Shown: piece after piece, positions 12,552-22,889 of the stretch
Position numbering within the stretch: the first letter of the stretch is position 1
Layout: each line of letters begins with the position of its first letter
NCBI GenBank assembly: GCA_013239625.1
Contig: MU056050.1
Coordinates: forward strand, 676,504 to 740,503
Reading direction: 5' to 3'
DNA from: Lama guanicoe
Lineage: Eukaryota
Length of the DNA stretch: 64,000 bases
Program-made: the position numbers and the translations under genes
Notes under the pieces: generated by a model
Databases searched by the model: none
Told to the model about the DNA's origin: nothing
The model's input: only the letters and a program-made list of their open reading frames with translations

Positions 12552-13044
12552 TTATTGTTTTTTACAACCATATTGAAATTTATTCCTTTTACCCAGGTTA
12601 ACAAAATACATTACAAGAAAAACTAAACATTGGATTTAAGAAAAACAACACTTTTGAAATTAAAACACCACCCCCCCCCACCCCCCCCCCCCCCCCCCAA
12701 CACAAACAAAAANNNNNNNNNNNNNNNNNNNNNNNNNNNNNNNNNNNNNCCCCCCCCCCCCGGGAAATAATATTGCAAATGGTCACTTCTGGGTGAATTT
12801 ACCATACTAGAGGAACAAAGTTGTTAAAGCATAGCTATTCTCAACGAAGCCACTTATCTCCTCTATAGTAAGTATTTAAAATCATTCCCAAGGTCAAGGT
12901 TTTAAAACTTAAAGAGACAAGACTTTTAAGTGTTTTATAGCCACTTCTGTAAGAGTTACTTTTCCTTCCCCAAATGGTCAAAGCTTAGTTTAGAAAGTTG
13001 ATAATACTTTCCCCCTCCCATCATAGCTTCTGTTTGAACTACTA
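12552..13044 (-). other. Retrocopied 3' UTR with polyadenylation signal and remnant A-tail
   Basis: Follows the ancestral stop. AATAAA on the minus strand at 12579-12584, with A-rich 'aaaaaacaataag' about 16 nt downstream. Confidence 0.65.
12713..12749. other. Assembly gap (37 N) flanked by poly-C tracts
   Basis: N run, with C homopolymers at about 12671-12698 and 12750-12761. Confidence 0.99.
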
Positions 13045-13895
13045 TTATTGGTAATGTGGTTTATATCTTGTCTGAACTGGGAAATGTAGTCCAAGAAGTG
13101 GGGTTTGAGAAAGGCAGACCCTGCTTTCATGGAGGAAGGGGTGGCCCTCTGGGTGCAGGCCACATACCATGACTTACTTCCCCCTAGTTATATAAATGGA
13201 TTCTCAGAGTTCCTTGATCTTCAGTAAACTAGGGTAAAGAGTGAGCATTATAATGATGAAAATAGTGTGTACTTACAGATGACTATCTGTTGAGGTGAGG
13301 CAGGTCCTAATGGAAGATATTTCATCTAAGGTGGCATCAGAGCAGTAATAGGTCCATAGAGAGGGTGGTAGAGTAAGAGTCACTGATGTACCTGAAGTTT
13401 GGCTATGAATCAAGTGAAAAGTACCTGGGAAGGATGTGGCATTTGATGACGTATTGATAGCAAAGGGGGCAGTGTAGCACAGAGTGCTCCTGTGGAGGCA
13501 TAGCATGATGAGAGGTCAATACCACTGGGTGACCCTGATATTCAGGATGACAGCAGTTGCGGAGGCAGGAAGTGGTAGTTCTCAAGTTCTTGGATTTGAG
13601 TTATTCTTAACAGGGGCAGTTATTAAATTGCTATGTTTTCTTGTTGAAATACATAGGTTTCCTGACTCACTGAAGGAGGTAGAGATGAAGCCATGGACAA
13701 TTAATTCTGTTGGAGGAGCACTGGTATCTTCTTGTGGCTGATAATATGGCTTGTGCTCACACACTACGAAGGTGGTGGTAGTATCAAAGTATTGCTTTGG
13801 TGGAATATGGTTCATATGATGCTTGTCTGGAGGCGTTATAAAACAATCAGATTTCAGTTAGTGGTGGGACAATATGCAGAGTGAATATTTTCCAG
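13045..13895 (-). pseudogene. Decayed proline-rich C-terminal coding region of the CBLL1/Hakai retrocopy
   Basis: Hakai-like peptides in shifting frames: PPDKHHMNHIPPKQ, ISTRKHSNLITAP, HPEYQGHPVV, HHYNAHSLP*FTEDQGTL, MWPAPRGPP, QTRYKPHYQ*. Ancestral stop at 13045-13047. Many stops and frameshifts. Confidence 0.93.
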
Positions 13896-14327
13896 TTAAG
13901 TATGGGCAACGGGGTTTTCAGCTCTTGTATGGCGGTGGTTGATATGAGCCTCTAAATCGCTTTGAGACAAATAGGACTTTTTACATCCCTGAACAGTGCT
14001 GCACGTGAATAGAGAACCTAACGTATACTTCTCAATTCGCATCACCGGATTACTACAATTTGGGCACCTCTTATCGCCGCCTTCTCCATGTAAAATAGCA
14101 CAGGGATAGCAAAAAGCATGCTTGCATGGAATCATCCGCCCATAGAGTTTAATTGGTAATTCACACTTGTCACAGAAATGAACTGGGGTATCATCCTTTT
14201 CACTTAAGATGTTTACCTGAAAGTCCCAAGAAAGCTCTTCAGTAGATCTTTGGTCATTTCTAAAAGATTCGCCCCCACGAGACTCATTCTGGCTCTCAGA
14301 ACGGTCGGGTCCTCCGGCGCCCGCCAT
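13896..14327 (-). CDS. Intronless CBLL1/Hakai-like retrogene ORF, 143 aa, RING finger plus HYB zinc module (E3 ubiquitin ligase-like)
   Basis: WDFQVNILSEKDDTPVHFCDKCELPIKLYGRMIPCKHAFCYPC...CPNC (C3HC4 RING), then CSTVQGCKKSYLSQSDLEAHINHRH, matching Hakai. Good Kozak context (atcATGG) and no introns. Family assignment is secure; function is inferred. Symbol left blank because orthology (CBLL2 or independent copy) is unresolved. Confidence 0.8.
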   Translation of the reverse strand: MAGAGGPDRSESQNESRGGESFRNDQRSTEELSWDFQVNILSEKDDTPVHFCDKCELPIKLYGRMIPCKHAFCYPCAILHGEGGDKRCPNCSNPVMRIEKYTLGSLFTCSTVQGCKKSYLSQSDLEAHINHRHTRAENPVAHT

Positions 14328-14680
14328 GATTCAGCTCGCGGAGCACAGTGGGAGCGGAAGTCAACCTTATCGGCCCGCAGCACATGCGCCCTGCACTTTC
14401 GAGCCAAGGAGGCGGAAGTACAGCGAGGTCACCCCCTCCCCGTTCTTACCTACCCTCATTCCAGGGAGAAAGGCAGAAGGGGAAAGAGCAAGTATTTGAA
14501 GAGTTTTGATGCCGAGGTTGCTTAGGCTGCTCTTATTATGCTTCCGGGGAAAAAAAGAAGGCTTTTAATTGGGAAAAAGATTAAGAGAGCGTGCATGTAT
14601 GTGCAAGCCCGGTCAGGCGCGGTAGTTCCTGAAGGCAAAAAGCTCGAGGCAGGTAAGGCAGTCCGCTAGCCCTTAAGGTT
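14260..14680. promoter_or_regulatory. Small CpG-rich promoter with ETS/GABP, NRF1-like and YY1-like motifs
   Basis: The only CpG-dense stretch in the window. GCGGAAGT at 14354-14361 and 14412-14419, CTTCCGG at 14541-14547, GCACATGCGC at 14380-14389, CCGCCATG at 14321-14328. Confidence 0.7.
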
Positions 14681-14862
14681 TTTTTGAACAATGCAGTGCT
14701 TTGCTTTTTGGAGGTGAAATCACACCCATCATAAGAAATGTTTAAATAGAGACGGGAAAGCTTCTAGTCAGAGATGCTATAGATCTAGCTTCTCAAACTT
14801 TTGTGACAAAGTGCCCCTAACGGTAGAGAAGAGTAAACTTCACTATAACTATGAGAGTAAGG

Positions 14863-14890
14863 GTGTGTGTGTGTGTGCGCGCGCGCGCAC
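14863..14890. repeat. (GT)n(GC)n alternating purine-pyrimidine tract
   Basis: gtgtgtgtgtgtgtgcgcgcgcgcgcac. Confidence 0.95.
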
Positions 14891-16719
14891 TTGCATCCGA
14901 GCGCAAAATTCTGAGTACTTCTGAAAACAGGATATTTCTTTGAATAGTTGTACTTTATATGACTTATATGAATGTAACTTCCTGTTTCAGAATGTTTGCT
15001 TTAATAAAAATACTGCTTTTGATTACCTAGTTAAATTACTTGAATCTCTCCCTGCCCCTTAAGTCTGAGTACTAGTGGAATCCCCGGTTACTGTGCCAGG
15101 ATATGTGTCAAGTCTCATAGCACACTGCATTATCTCCACTCAGTGTTGGTCCACTAGTTTGTGATGCATGGTATAGAGTGGCTCCCTCACTGAGTACAAG
15201 GTCATCCAGTAGGACTTGGAAATCCTTTTTATACAGAAGCCTTTAGAATGATATTGTATATAAGAGTGTTTATCTGTGTATGAAAGTTCAAAGTTAAAAG
15301 CCCCAACAAATTAAGGAGGTGATTAGTCACATGCAAAATGCCTTCCCATATCCCCCAATTTTTTCATTTTGGTTCTTTAATTTTTTTAATTTCGTTCTTT
15401 AATATTTCAGTTTCTTGGTCTATTTGATGTATGTTTAAAAGCATTAACAACTTGGAGGAGTGACTTTAGTAAAATAAAAAATTAAGGGGCAAATAATCAG
15501 TAGTGATGATTACTCAAAGATGGATATGAAGTGTATTAGAAATGATGATATTTGTTTATGGAAAGAGAAGACTGGTTATACAGAAATGTCATTTGCACCC
15601 ACCTTTTGGGAACCTAGTCTACTGTAAAGTGAGGCTTACTCTTCCATGTGATACATTTATTCCATACTGTCCAGAATAAGTGTTCTCATTCTCATTTACA
15701 AAGCAGCTTTGCAAAAGAAGTGATGAACTACCATGACCAAATATGCCAAATATACGATTAAAAAATAGAGGGTAGGGCAGTGCAGAAAATTGCCCTCATT
15801 AAGCAGATTATTTGTCTCTGTTGAAACGCCAAGGCACAGTCAGAACTGACCTTTGCCAAAAAGACAGTTAGCAGGGATGTTGCACCAGGTTGAAAATGCT
15901 ACAGAGAAAGAAAACTAAATTAAAAGCCATAAAAACATTTTTTTGATGGCCTCCATTTAGTTACTGGAATTGCCAAAGTATACAGCTAGATTAGAATATT
16001 TTTTCAATAATACTCCATGATTGATGCTGGGGAAATTTTCATATTTGCTGACACATTTTATATATATATATATATAGCCAGATGCAGCATCTTATCAGAG
16101 AATGAAGGAGCAACAGAGATAGGGTTAAAAAGAATAATAGACTCCCTTTTGATGTTGGAAATGATCATGAAGTTTACAGCTGGTTGAAAGAAGAGATCAA
16201 AGGCAGAGGCTTAGGGAAAAGTTACTTCTCTTTATCTATTTCATTATTGATGAATTCTTGAAAAGTTGCATGTAAGTAGGTATCAGTTTTCTCATCCTGA
16301 CTTATAATATAGTTTCATGACTGTCTTGTCTTTATTCCAAATCTGTCATCTGTGGGCAATGGCTACTGATACTTAAGCTTTTTTTAAAAAATTGAAATAT
16401 AGTGGCTACTGCTATTGAGGCTTATAATTTCTTTGGCCTTCTGCCAAATAACTAACGTCATACAAGCAAATACATAAGTGTACAAGGGGACCTTGTGACT
16501 CAATGTATACCCTTCTTTCTGCAAAATAATCCTGCTTGAAATGAAGTAGTTCTTAAACCTTTTTCTATATTCAGAAGGGTGCAGCTGCTCTGAGTGAAGG
16601 AGCCCGAAGTCTTACCTCCTTAACACTCCCACAGCTCTGGCAGCCTTTCACCACCTCCTATAGTGGCCTTTTAGGCAGTTCAGTGGAGCTCCTCAGACAG
16701 ATATTTTCTAAGTTGATGT

Positions 16720-18300
16720 ATGAAAGGTTTATAATGACCTATGTCATCTATACAAAAGAATCACAGATGAGTACCCACATATCTAGCAGCTAGTGTAAGA
16801 AATAGGATTATCAGTGCACATGAAAGCTACTACACCCTCACGAGAAGAAAGCACTATACTGAACTGCGTGTTCATCATCCTCTTGGTATTTTGTTTTAAA
16901 AAACCACATGTGTATATATCTTTGTATAAAATATTGTTTACTTTTGCATATTTTTCACTTTGTAGGGATGGAATAATACTGTGACTTTCTTTATTCCCTT
17001 AACATTATATTTGAAATACTCTCATATTAATACTTGTATTTTATTCATTTTCAGTACTGTATTCTATTGTATGAATATATTATAATTTTGTGAAGTTTTA
17101 TTACTCATTTCACAAATATTGAGTCTAATAAGTTCCAAGCACTGTTCAAAGTGCTGGAAAACAGCAGTGAACAAAACAATTTTCTTTTCTCTCATTTGTT
17201 TAGTGAATATAATATGTATATATATAAAATACTGGTTTCTAACACTTCTTTGCCAAACAGTAGCAAATTTCAAATTGATTCAAACTTTCCACTTTTATAT
17301 TTTTTTCCTATTGATGAATATTTGGTTTGTTCTCAGGTTTTGCAGTTGTAAATGCTTCTATGGAATGTTGTTGTACATGTGTTTTGTACACATTTAAGGA
17401 TTTTTTTTAAGGTATCTGTTTAGGAGTGGAAGTACTAGATTATAGAGAATATAGTGTTCATACCAGTTTTCAGCAGAGTGCAGAAGTTTTTGTTGCTCCT
17501 CACCTTCACCAACACTTCATATTAATACTTTTATTACAAATTTGTTGGTTGTAAAATTAGTATAATTATGTTTATATTTTGTATTTTTCTGATGACAAGT
17601 GAGGTTTAAGTAGCTTTTCATTTATAATTCCTCTTTTGTCAAACACCTGTTCATGTCATTGGGCCATTTTTCTATTGAACAATAATGTATATTTTTTCTT
17701 TATTAATTTGTAGGAGTTCTTTATATCTTTCTGATACTAATTCTTTGCCAGTTATATGACTTAACAATTATCTCCTAAGTTTGTAAATTGCCTTTTAATT
17801 TCTTTTTGGTGTCATGTTATAAACAAAAGTTCTCAATTTTGATGCTTCAGACTTACCAATCTTTTTATGATTAATGCTTTTTTTTTGATAGACTTAAAAT
17901 GTTTTCCCTAACCTGAGACCACAAAGAATGTTTTCCCTTACAACTTTTTTTTTTAAGTTTGGCCTTTCAAATGAAGTCTTCTTTAATTGATCTGCAACTG
18001 ATTTCTGTATGGTGTAGTGTAGGGATCCAATTTTATTTTTTTCCTTCATATACATAGTTATCCCAGAGCCATTTATTCAATAGCCCATTCTTTCCCTTCT
18101 GATCTTCAGTGGCTAACTCTGTCATGTATCAGTTTTTCATATACATATAAGTCTGTTTCTAGATTCTCTTTTCCATTCCACTGGTCTGTTTTCCTAACTC
18201 ATCTTAACTCCTTTGAGTTGATAGTTTTAAGATTTTGGAGAGGGAAGCCAGTCTCCTCAACTTATTTTTCAGGATCTTGCCTATTCTTGGCCATTTGCTC
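16720..18300 (-). mobile_element. Ancient L1M fragment (3' region)
   Basis: Antisense L1 text such as 'ttgctcctcaccttcaccaacact', 'gccattttctattg', 'tagggatccaattttatttt'. Confidence 0.8.
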
Positions 18301-18554
18301 TATCAAGATATTTTAGGTTGGTGGGATACTGGAGAGAGGGATGAAGAAGTTGTTAAGGGAAAAAAGGGGAGAAGAAGGTTTACAAATACACATTTGCTCG
18401 TCCCACAGTTACTCTTAAAGGCAGCCCTGCTTTTGAAGCCTGATATTGTCAAAGACCAGAAAAGCTGCCTGCATAAATTTGCAAAGGGTTAACATAATTT
18501 TTGTTTCTTTTACTTGTAGAACAAATTTCTTTGACACCTCACTGTTTCTTGGGA

Positions 18555-18700
18555 TGGGCAGTATAGCATTAAAAGCATGGCCTTGGCTGTTAGGCATACT
18601 TCTGTTTTAAACTCCTGCTCTGCTACTTACTACCTGTGTGACCTTAGGCATAGTACTTAATCTTTCTGAGACTACCATTTTCTTTTTGGTCTGTGAATGG
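18555..18700 (+). mobile_element. MIR SINE fragment
   Basis: Core 'ctctgctacttactacctgtgtgaccttaggcatagtacttaatctttctgag'. Confidence 0.8.
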
Positions 18701-18750
18701 TGGTGGTGGTGATGATGTTAATAATACAATAGTAATTACTCTTTACCTAC

Positions 18751-19104
18751 TGTGTTAGTTTTCTATTCCTGCTGTAACAAATTACCTTAAACTTAGTGTC
18801 TCAGAACAAGACACATTTATTATCTTATGGTTCTATAGGTCAGAATTCTGACACTGGACTGAAATCAAGTTTTCAGAGGAGTTCCTTTCTGGAAGCTTTA
18901 GGGGAGATTCCATTGCCCTGCTCATTCAGATTGTTGGCAGGATTTAGTTCCTTGCAGTTCCTTGTTGCCTGTTGGACAGTCCCAGCCTGTGAAGGTCACC
19001 TGCATTCCTTGACTTGTGGCCCCCCTTTCTCTATCTTCACAGCCAGTGATGGTGGGTTGAGTCCCTCTTATGTTTCAAATCTTTGCCTCTTTTTCCATCA
19101 CATC
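18751..19104 (-). mobile_element. MaLR LTR (MLT1-type), partial
   Basis: 'tgtgttagttttctattcctgctgtaacaaattacc...catttattatctta' is the antisense MLT1 3' end. Confidence 0.85.
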
Positions 19105-19371
19105 ATAGAGACACAAAGGGGAAAAGGCATGTAATGATTGAGGCAGGGAGTGGAGTCATAGAGCCGAGGAAGGCCAAGGATTGCTGGCAACCACCAGAAG
19201 CTAGGAAGAGGAAAGGGAAGATTCTTCCCTAGAGCTTTCAGAAAGAGCATGGCCCTGCTGATACCTTGATTTTGGAAGTCTAGCCTCCAGAACTGTGAAA
19301 GAATACGTTCCTGTTGTTGTAAGCCACCTAATTTGTGTTATTTTGTTATGGCAGCTCAGGAAACTAATGTA
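19105..19371 (+). mobile_element. MaLR LTR (MLT1C/D-type), 3' half
   Basis: 'gccaaggattgctggcaaccaccagaagctagg...cctccagaactgtga...ttgttatggcagc'. Confidence 0.9.
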
Positions 19372-20559
19372 GCAGCTTACCATGTTTTCCCAAATTGGTC
19401 TTTCTTTGAAGTAACATATTAAAAATGGTTTTGTTAATTTCCAGTGTATAAAGACATCTACATTTAAATATATGTCCCAAGGTATGGGCAGTACCCTAAG
19501 AAGACTTGTTTGGGATAGCCCCTAATAGTAGAATTAAGATTAATGAGTAAAAGTTACAAGGAAGCTGACTTTTCAATATATAAAATAGTTTTCTAATAAT
19601 TACAATATGGCTGTAAGAGCTGTTCTGATAGACCCCAGACCTGTGGTTGAGATAGTGGAACTCATTTTTCATGACTGTTTTGGATAAAAAAAATTTGTTT
19701 TAAAGAGAATTAGATATTCTCATGGTAAACAAGTAAGAATAATTTTTTACATTGTAACGTAAAAATCTGAACTTTTATATAAGTATTTTGATGTACATAA
19801 GAAAAATACAGAAAGCTCTTAGCAACATGTTTTGCATGAAGTTCAAACAATCAGTTGATCAGGGACTAAATTTAGTTAAGTGGTTAACTCGTCTATATTA
19901 TCAGGCTACATCTAAATCAATTGGTAGAATTGTTTCTAAAATCAATGAATCATCTAGTGTTTATTTAGTGCTGTCAGTGTGGAATAAGAGATGTAGATGT
20001 TGCCATCACTGCCCTAGTTGATTTTGTGCTCTTGCTGGGTTGTGTAGTAGACATTTGCTGGGTACCTTTACAGGAAACATCCTCTTCCTAATGATGTTCA
20101 TATTTTCCTTCTGGCATCCATCCCTGTCCTTCACAGGCCACTTGCTTCAGGCTACCTAATCAGCGTGAATTTGAGTTCTTTTGTTTGGAATGCTGGTAAA
20201 ATGTTCTGTGTGTCCCTCTGGATATTAATAGGAAAATATGTAGCCTTGATTGTGGCTGGCAGCTATATTATTGCCAAGAGAGGAACCAGCTTTAGGATAA
20301 AGCTGACACTGAGGATGTCTGAGAAGAAAGAATGTAAAGAAATTGAGTCCTTGAAGATATCATTGAATTACTGGATCAACCAATATCTAGGTAATCCAGT
20401 TAAGTGAGAAAATAAATCCACTTTTTGTTTGTCAGTTTGCACTGGGTTTTCTGTTCTTTCCAGTAAGAAGTCTTATCTGATAATGTTCATAAGTCAATTG
20501 AAGAATACTAAATAACAATATATGAAATATTATCAAGTGCTAGATATACTGAAGATAGA

Positions 20560-20725
20560 CCACCAGCAGCATCAGCATTATTTGGGAAACTTAATAGAAA
20601 TGCAAATTTTTAGGCCCCAGACTTACTGATGTAGAAACTCTGCTGGTGGTGGGGCCCAGTAATCTTTGTTTAAACAAGCCCTCCAGGGGATTCTAATACA
20701 TGCTGAAGTTTGAAAAACACTAACT
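20560..20725. mobile_element. MER5-type hAT DNA transposon fragment
   Basis: 'accagcagcatcagcatta...agaaatgcaaattt...aacaagccctccaggggattct...agtttgaaaaacact'. Confidence 0.85.
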
Positions 20726-21874
20726 CAGAAATTCAGGAAAGGAAGACTTCATGGAGAAGGTGAGACAAACTAAATAAAGGAGCAAGATGGGCTTTCGAAA
20801 AGACTTTTGAACTAGAATGAATAAAGGCACACGGGTAGGAATGAATGTTATTTATTGGGCATTATCTGGCTAATTGTGACTTTACTGAAATAGTGAAGAA
20901 TTAAAATTGCATGGATAGTAGGGTAGGAGAGAGTTGGTGGCTAAGATTCAACTTTTATTTTTTGTCTTTTTCACTCTCATTTCACCTGAACTCATTAAAA
21001 ACCTGAGCAATAGAATGAAATATTGGTATTCTGCATTGTAGGCAATATATGTTGAGATCAACCTGTTGGGACTATAGCCATAGAATATTAAGAGCATCAA
21101 GTCATAGAGGATGGTCTAGTCCTACTTATATTGGTGTCAGGTAGACAGAGAAACCTCCTTTCTGGACTTGAAAAATTTGTTTGAAGGGAGTTACTTTTAT
21201 ATTCTTGTCAAAATCTGACACTAGTAGGGTGACAGCAGTGAGAGTTTAACCTGCCCTGGCTTTGAGATATTGGATATAATTCTTGGTCTTCCTCCTGTCC
21301 CATATTTTGTGGGAGAAGTTTCCACCTTAAGTACTGATGTCATGTCCAAGGTTGTACATGACCCGCCCACACTGCCTGCTCTGTTCGATAATGTGCGCTT
21401 GGATGGAACTGTTTATGTTCTCCCTTTTCCCTAAACCACTGTAAGCCGTGAATAATGATACACAGCCTGTGGAATTATGGATCGGAAGCTGACTTTGGCT
21501 CAGAAAGAGTGCTGGAAAATGACAGACAAGCGTTTTAAAGGCTAAATTGCTAATGGTTGCAGAAAAAAAAGCACTAAACTTCAAACTCTGTCTTTTCCAA
21601 ACTTGTCTAGGCCTAAGTTTATGGTGGTAATGGGAGTGTAAGTGACGGTGGGTTTGAAGGAGGAGAGGAAGGGTTTTAACCTAATGGTGCCAATAACTTT
21701 TTCATATTGACAACCAGCTTTTTGCTAAGGAGTGCCAGAACACTGAATAAGTATTTCTAAAGCAGAGGCACTGCTTAGTGTATTTAGTCATTATTTAATT
21801 AGTCTTGATAATGGGGCTTCATTTTAGAGAGAATTTAATGGTCTTGATATTGCATGACCTTGATATGGCAAAGA

Positions 21875-21899
21875 TGTGTGTGTGTGTGTGTGTGTGTGT
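21875..21899. repeat. (TG)n microsatellite
   Basis: Direct reading. Confidence 0.95.
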
Positions 21900-22856
21900 A
21901 AAATGCAAATAATGGAAGTAGCTTTGGAGTTGGGCCAAAAACCCCTCAGCACCAAGCTAAGGTTACTTTAAATTTGCTTGCTTTGCAGGTCAGATTGAAG
22001 GATGCCTGAGATAAGCAATAAATTCTTCCTCTCTGCCACTTTGGGAGGCCAAATCACCAGTGAATCACGTCTTGTTTGTTCGGATAGACTGACCCATCAT
22101 TTGACTTGTTTTGAGGGTGTAAAGTTTAATTTTTTTCCTTTCTTGAGGGATAAGGAAGTAATTATGGGAAGAAAAAGTTCAAATCATGGGACATTAGTGA
22201 GTTGTAGGGCTAGAGGAATCATTTTGACCTCACACTTTGCTTGGAGGAACAACTTGGAGCTATGCTAGCTTGCTCCCTGGTGGGACAGTTTCTGCAGGTA
22301 GAATGGTTTCCATGGGCACAGACTGGTAGATACTTGGATTTCCAATGCTTTTTTTTTTTTGAAAGGTGGTGCTTTGATAGCCTTAACAAAGGACTGATAA
22401 TTGCTGCATGTTATCCTAGAGTCCCTAACCAGTTTTTGCCAGCTCTGGACTGTGAGGCTTTGGGTGTTTGGGGGAATGAGTATGTGTATTGCTTCCCTTC
22501 CTTACTCTGGAGGTTTCAAGCTCTGGTATGTTTCTAATGGACCCTTATAAATGCTCTGCTTCTGGGTTCATTTTAAATCATGAAATGCATCTCTGGCATT
22601 TGGTGTGGGTTGTTTGAAGCTAAAGGAAGATACATAGTCTGACAAACCCCACAGTATCTTTTGTGAAGTTTTTAACATGAGATATGGCCCTGCTCCAGCC
22701 AATATGCCCATGACAGAACTGACAGGTATGCAGTACACATCTACTAAGTATTAGACACTGTGGAGTCAAAGTGAACATATGAAGATATCAAACATCTAGA
22801 TTATGGCTGCATACAACTGGTTTACTGATTTTGTTGTTTCTTTTACAAAATTTACT

Positions 22857-22889
22857 TTGTTGTTGTTGTTGTTGTTGTTGTTGCTGTTG
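22857..22889. repeat. (TTG)n microsatellite
   Basis: Direct reading. Confidence 0.95.

Noticed and set aside
12598..12805. Gly-rich ORFs spanning the N gap
   Set aside because: Artefacts of homopolymers and the assembly gap.
13273..13815. ORFs 13273..13506, 13403..13585 and 13582..13815 as separate genes
   Set aside because: They are frameshifted pieces of the decayed Hakai tail.
13896..14327. Labelling the ORF CBLL1 or CBLL2/ZNF645
   Set aside because: It is intronless and truncated, so it is not CBLL1 itself. The N-terminus and the absence of a PHEX exon argue against simple CBLL2 orthology, which cannot be settled without synteny.
14250..14525. 91-aa plus-strand ORF across the promoter
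   Set aside because: Expected by chance in GC-rich sequence antisense to the retrogene; no homology recognised.
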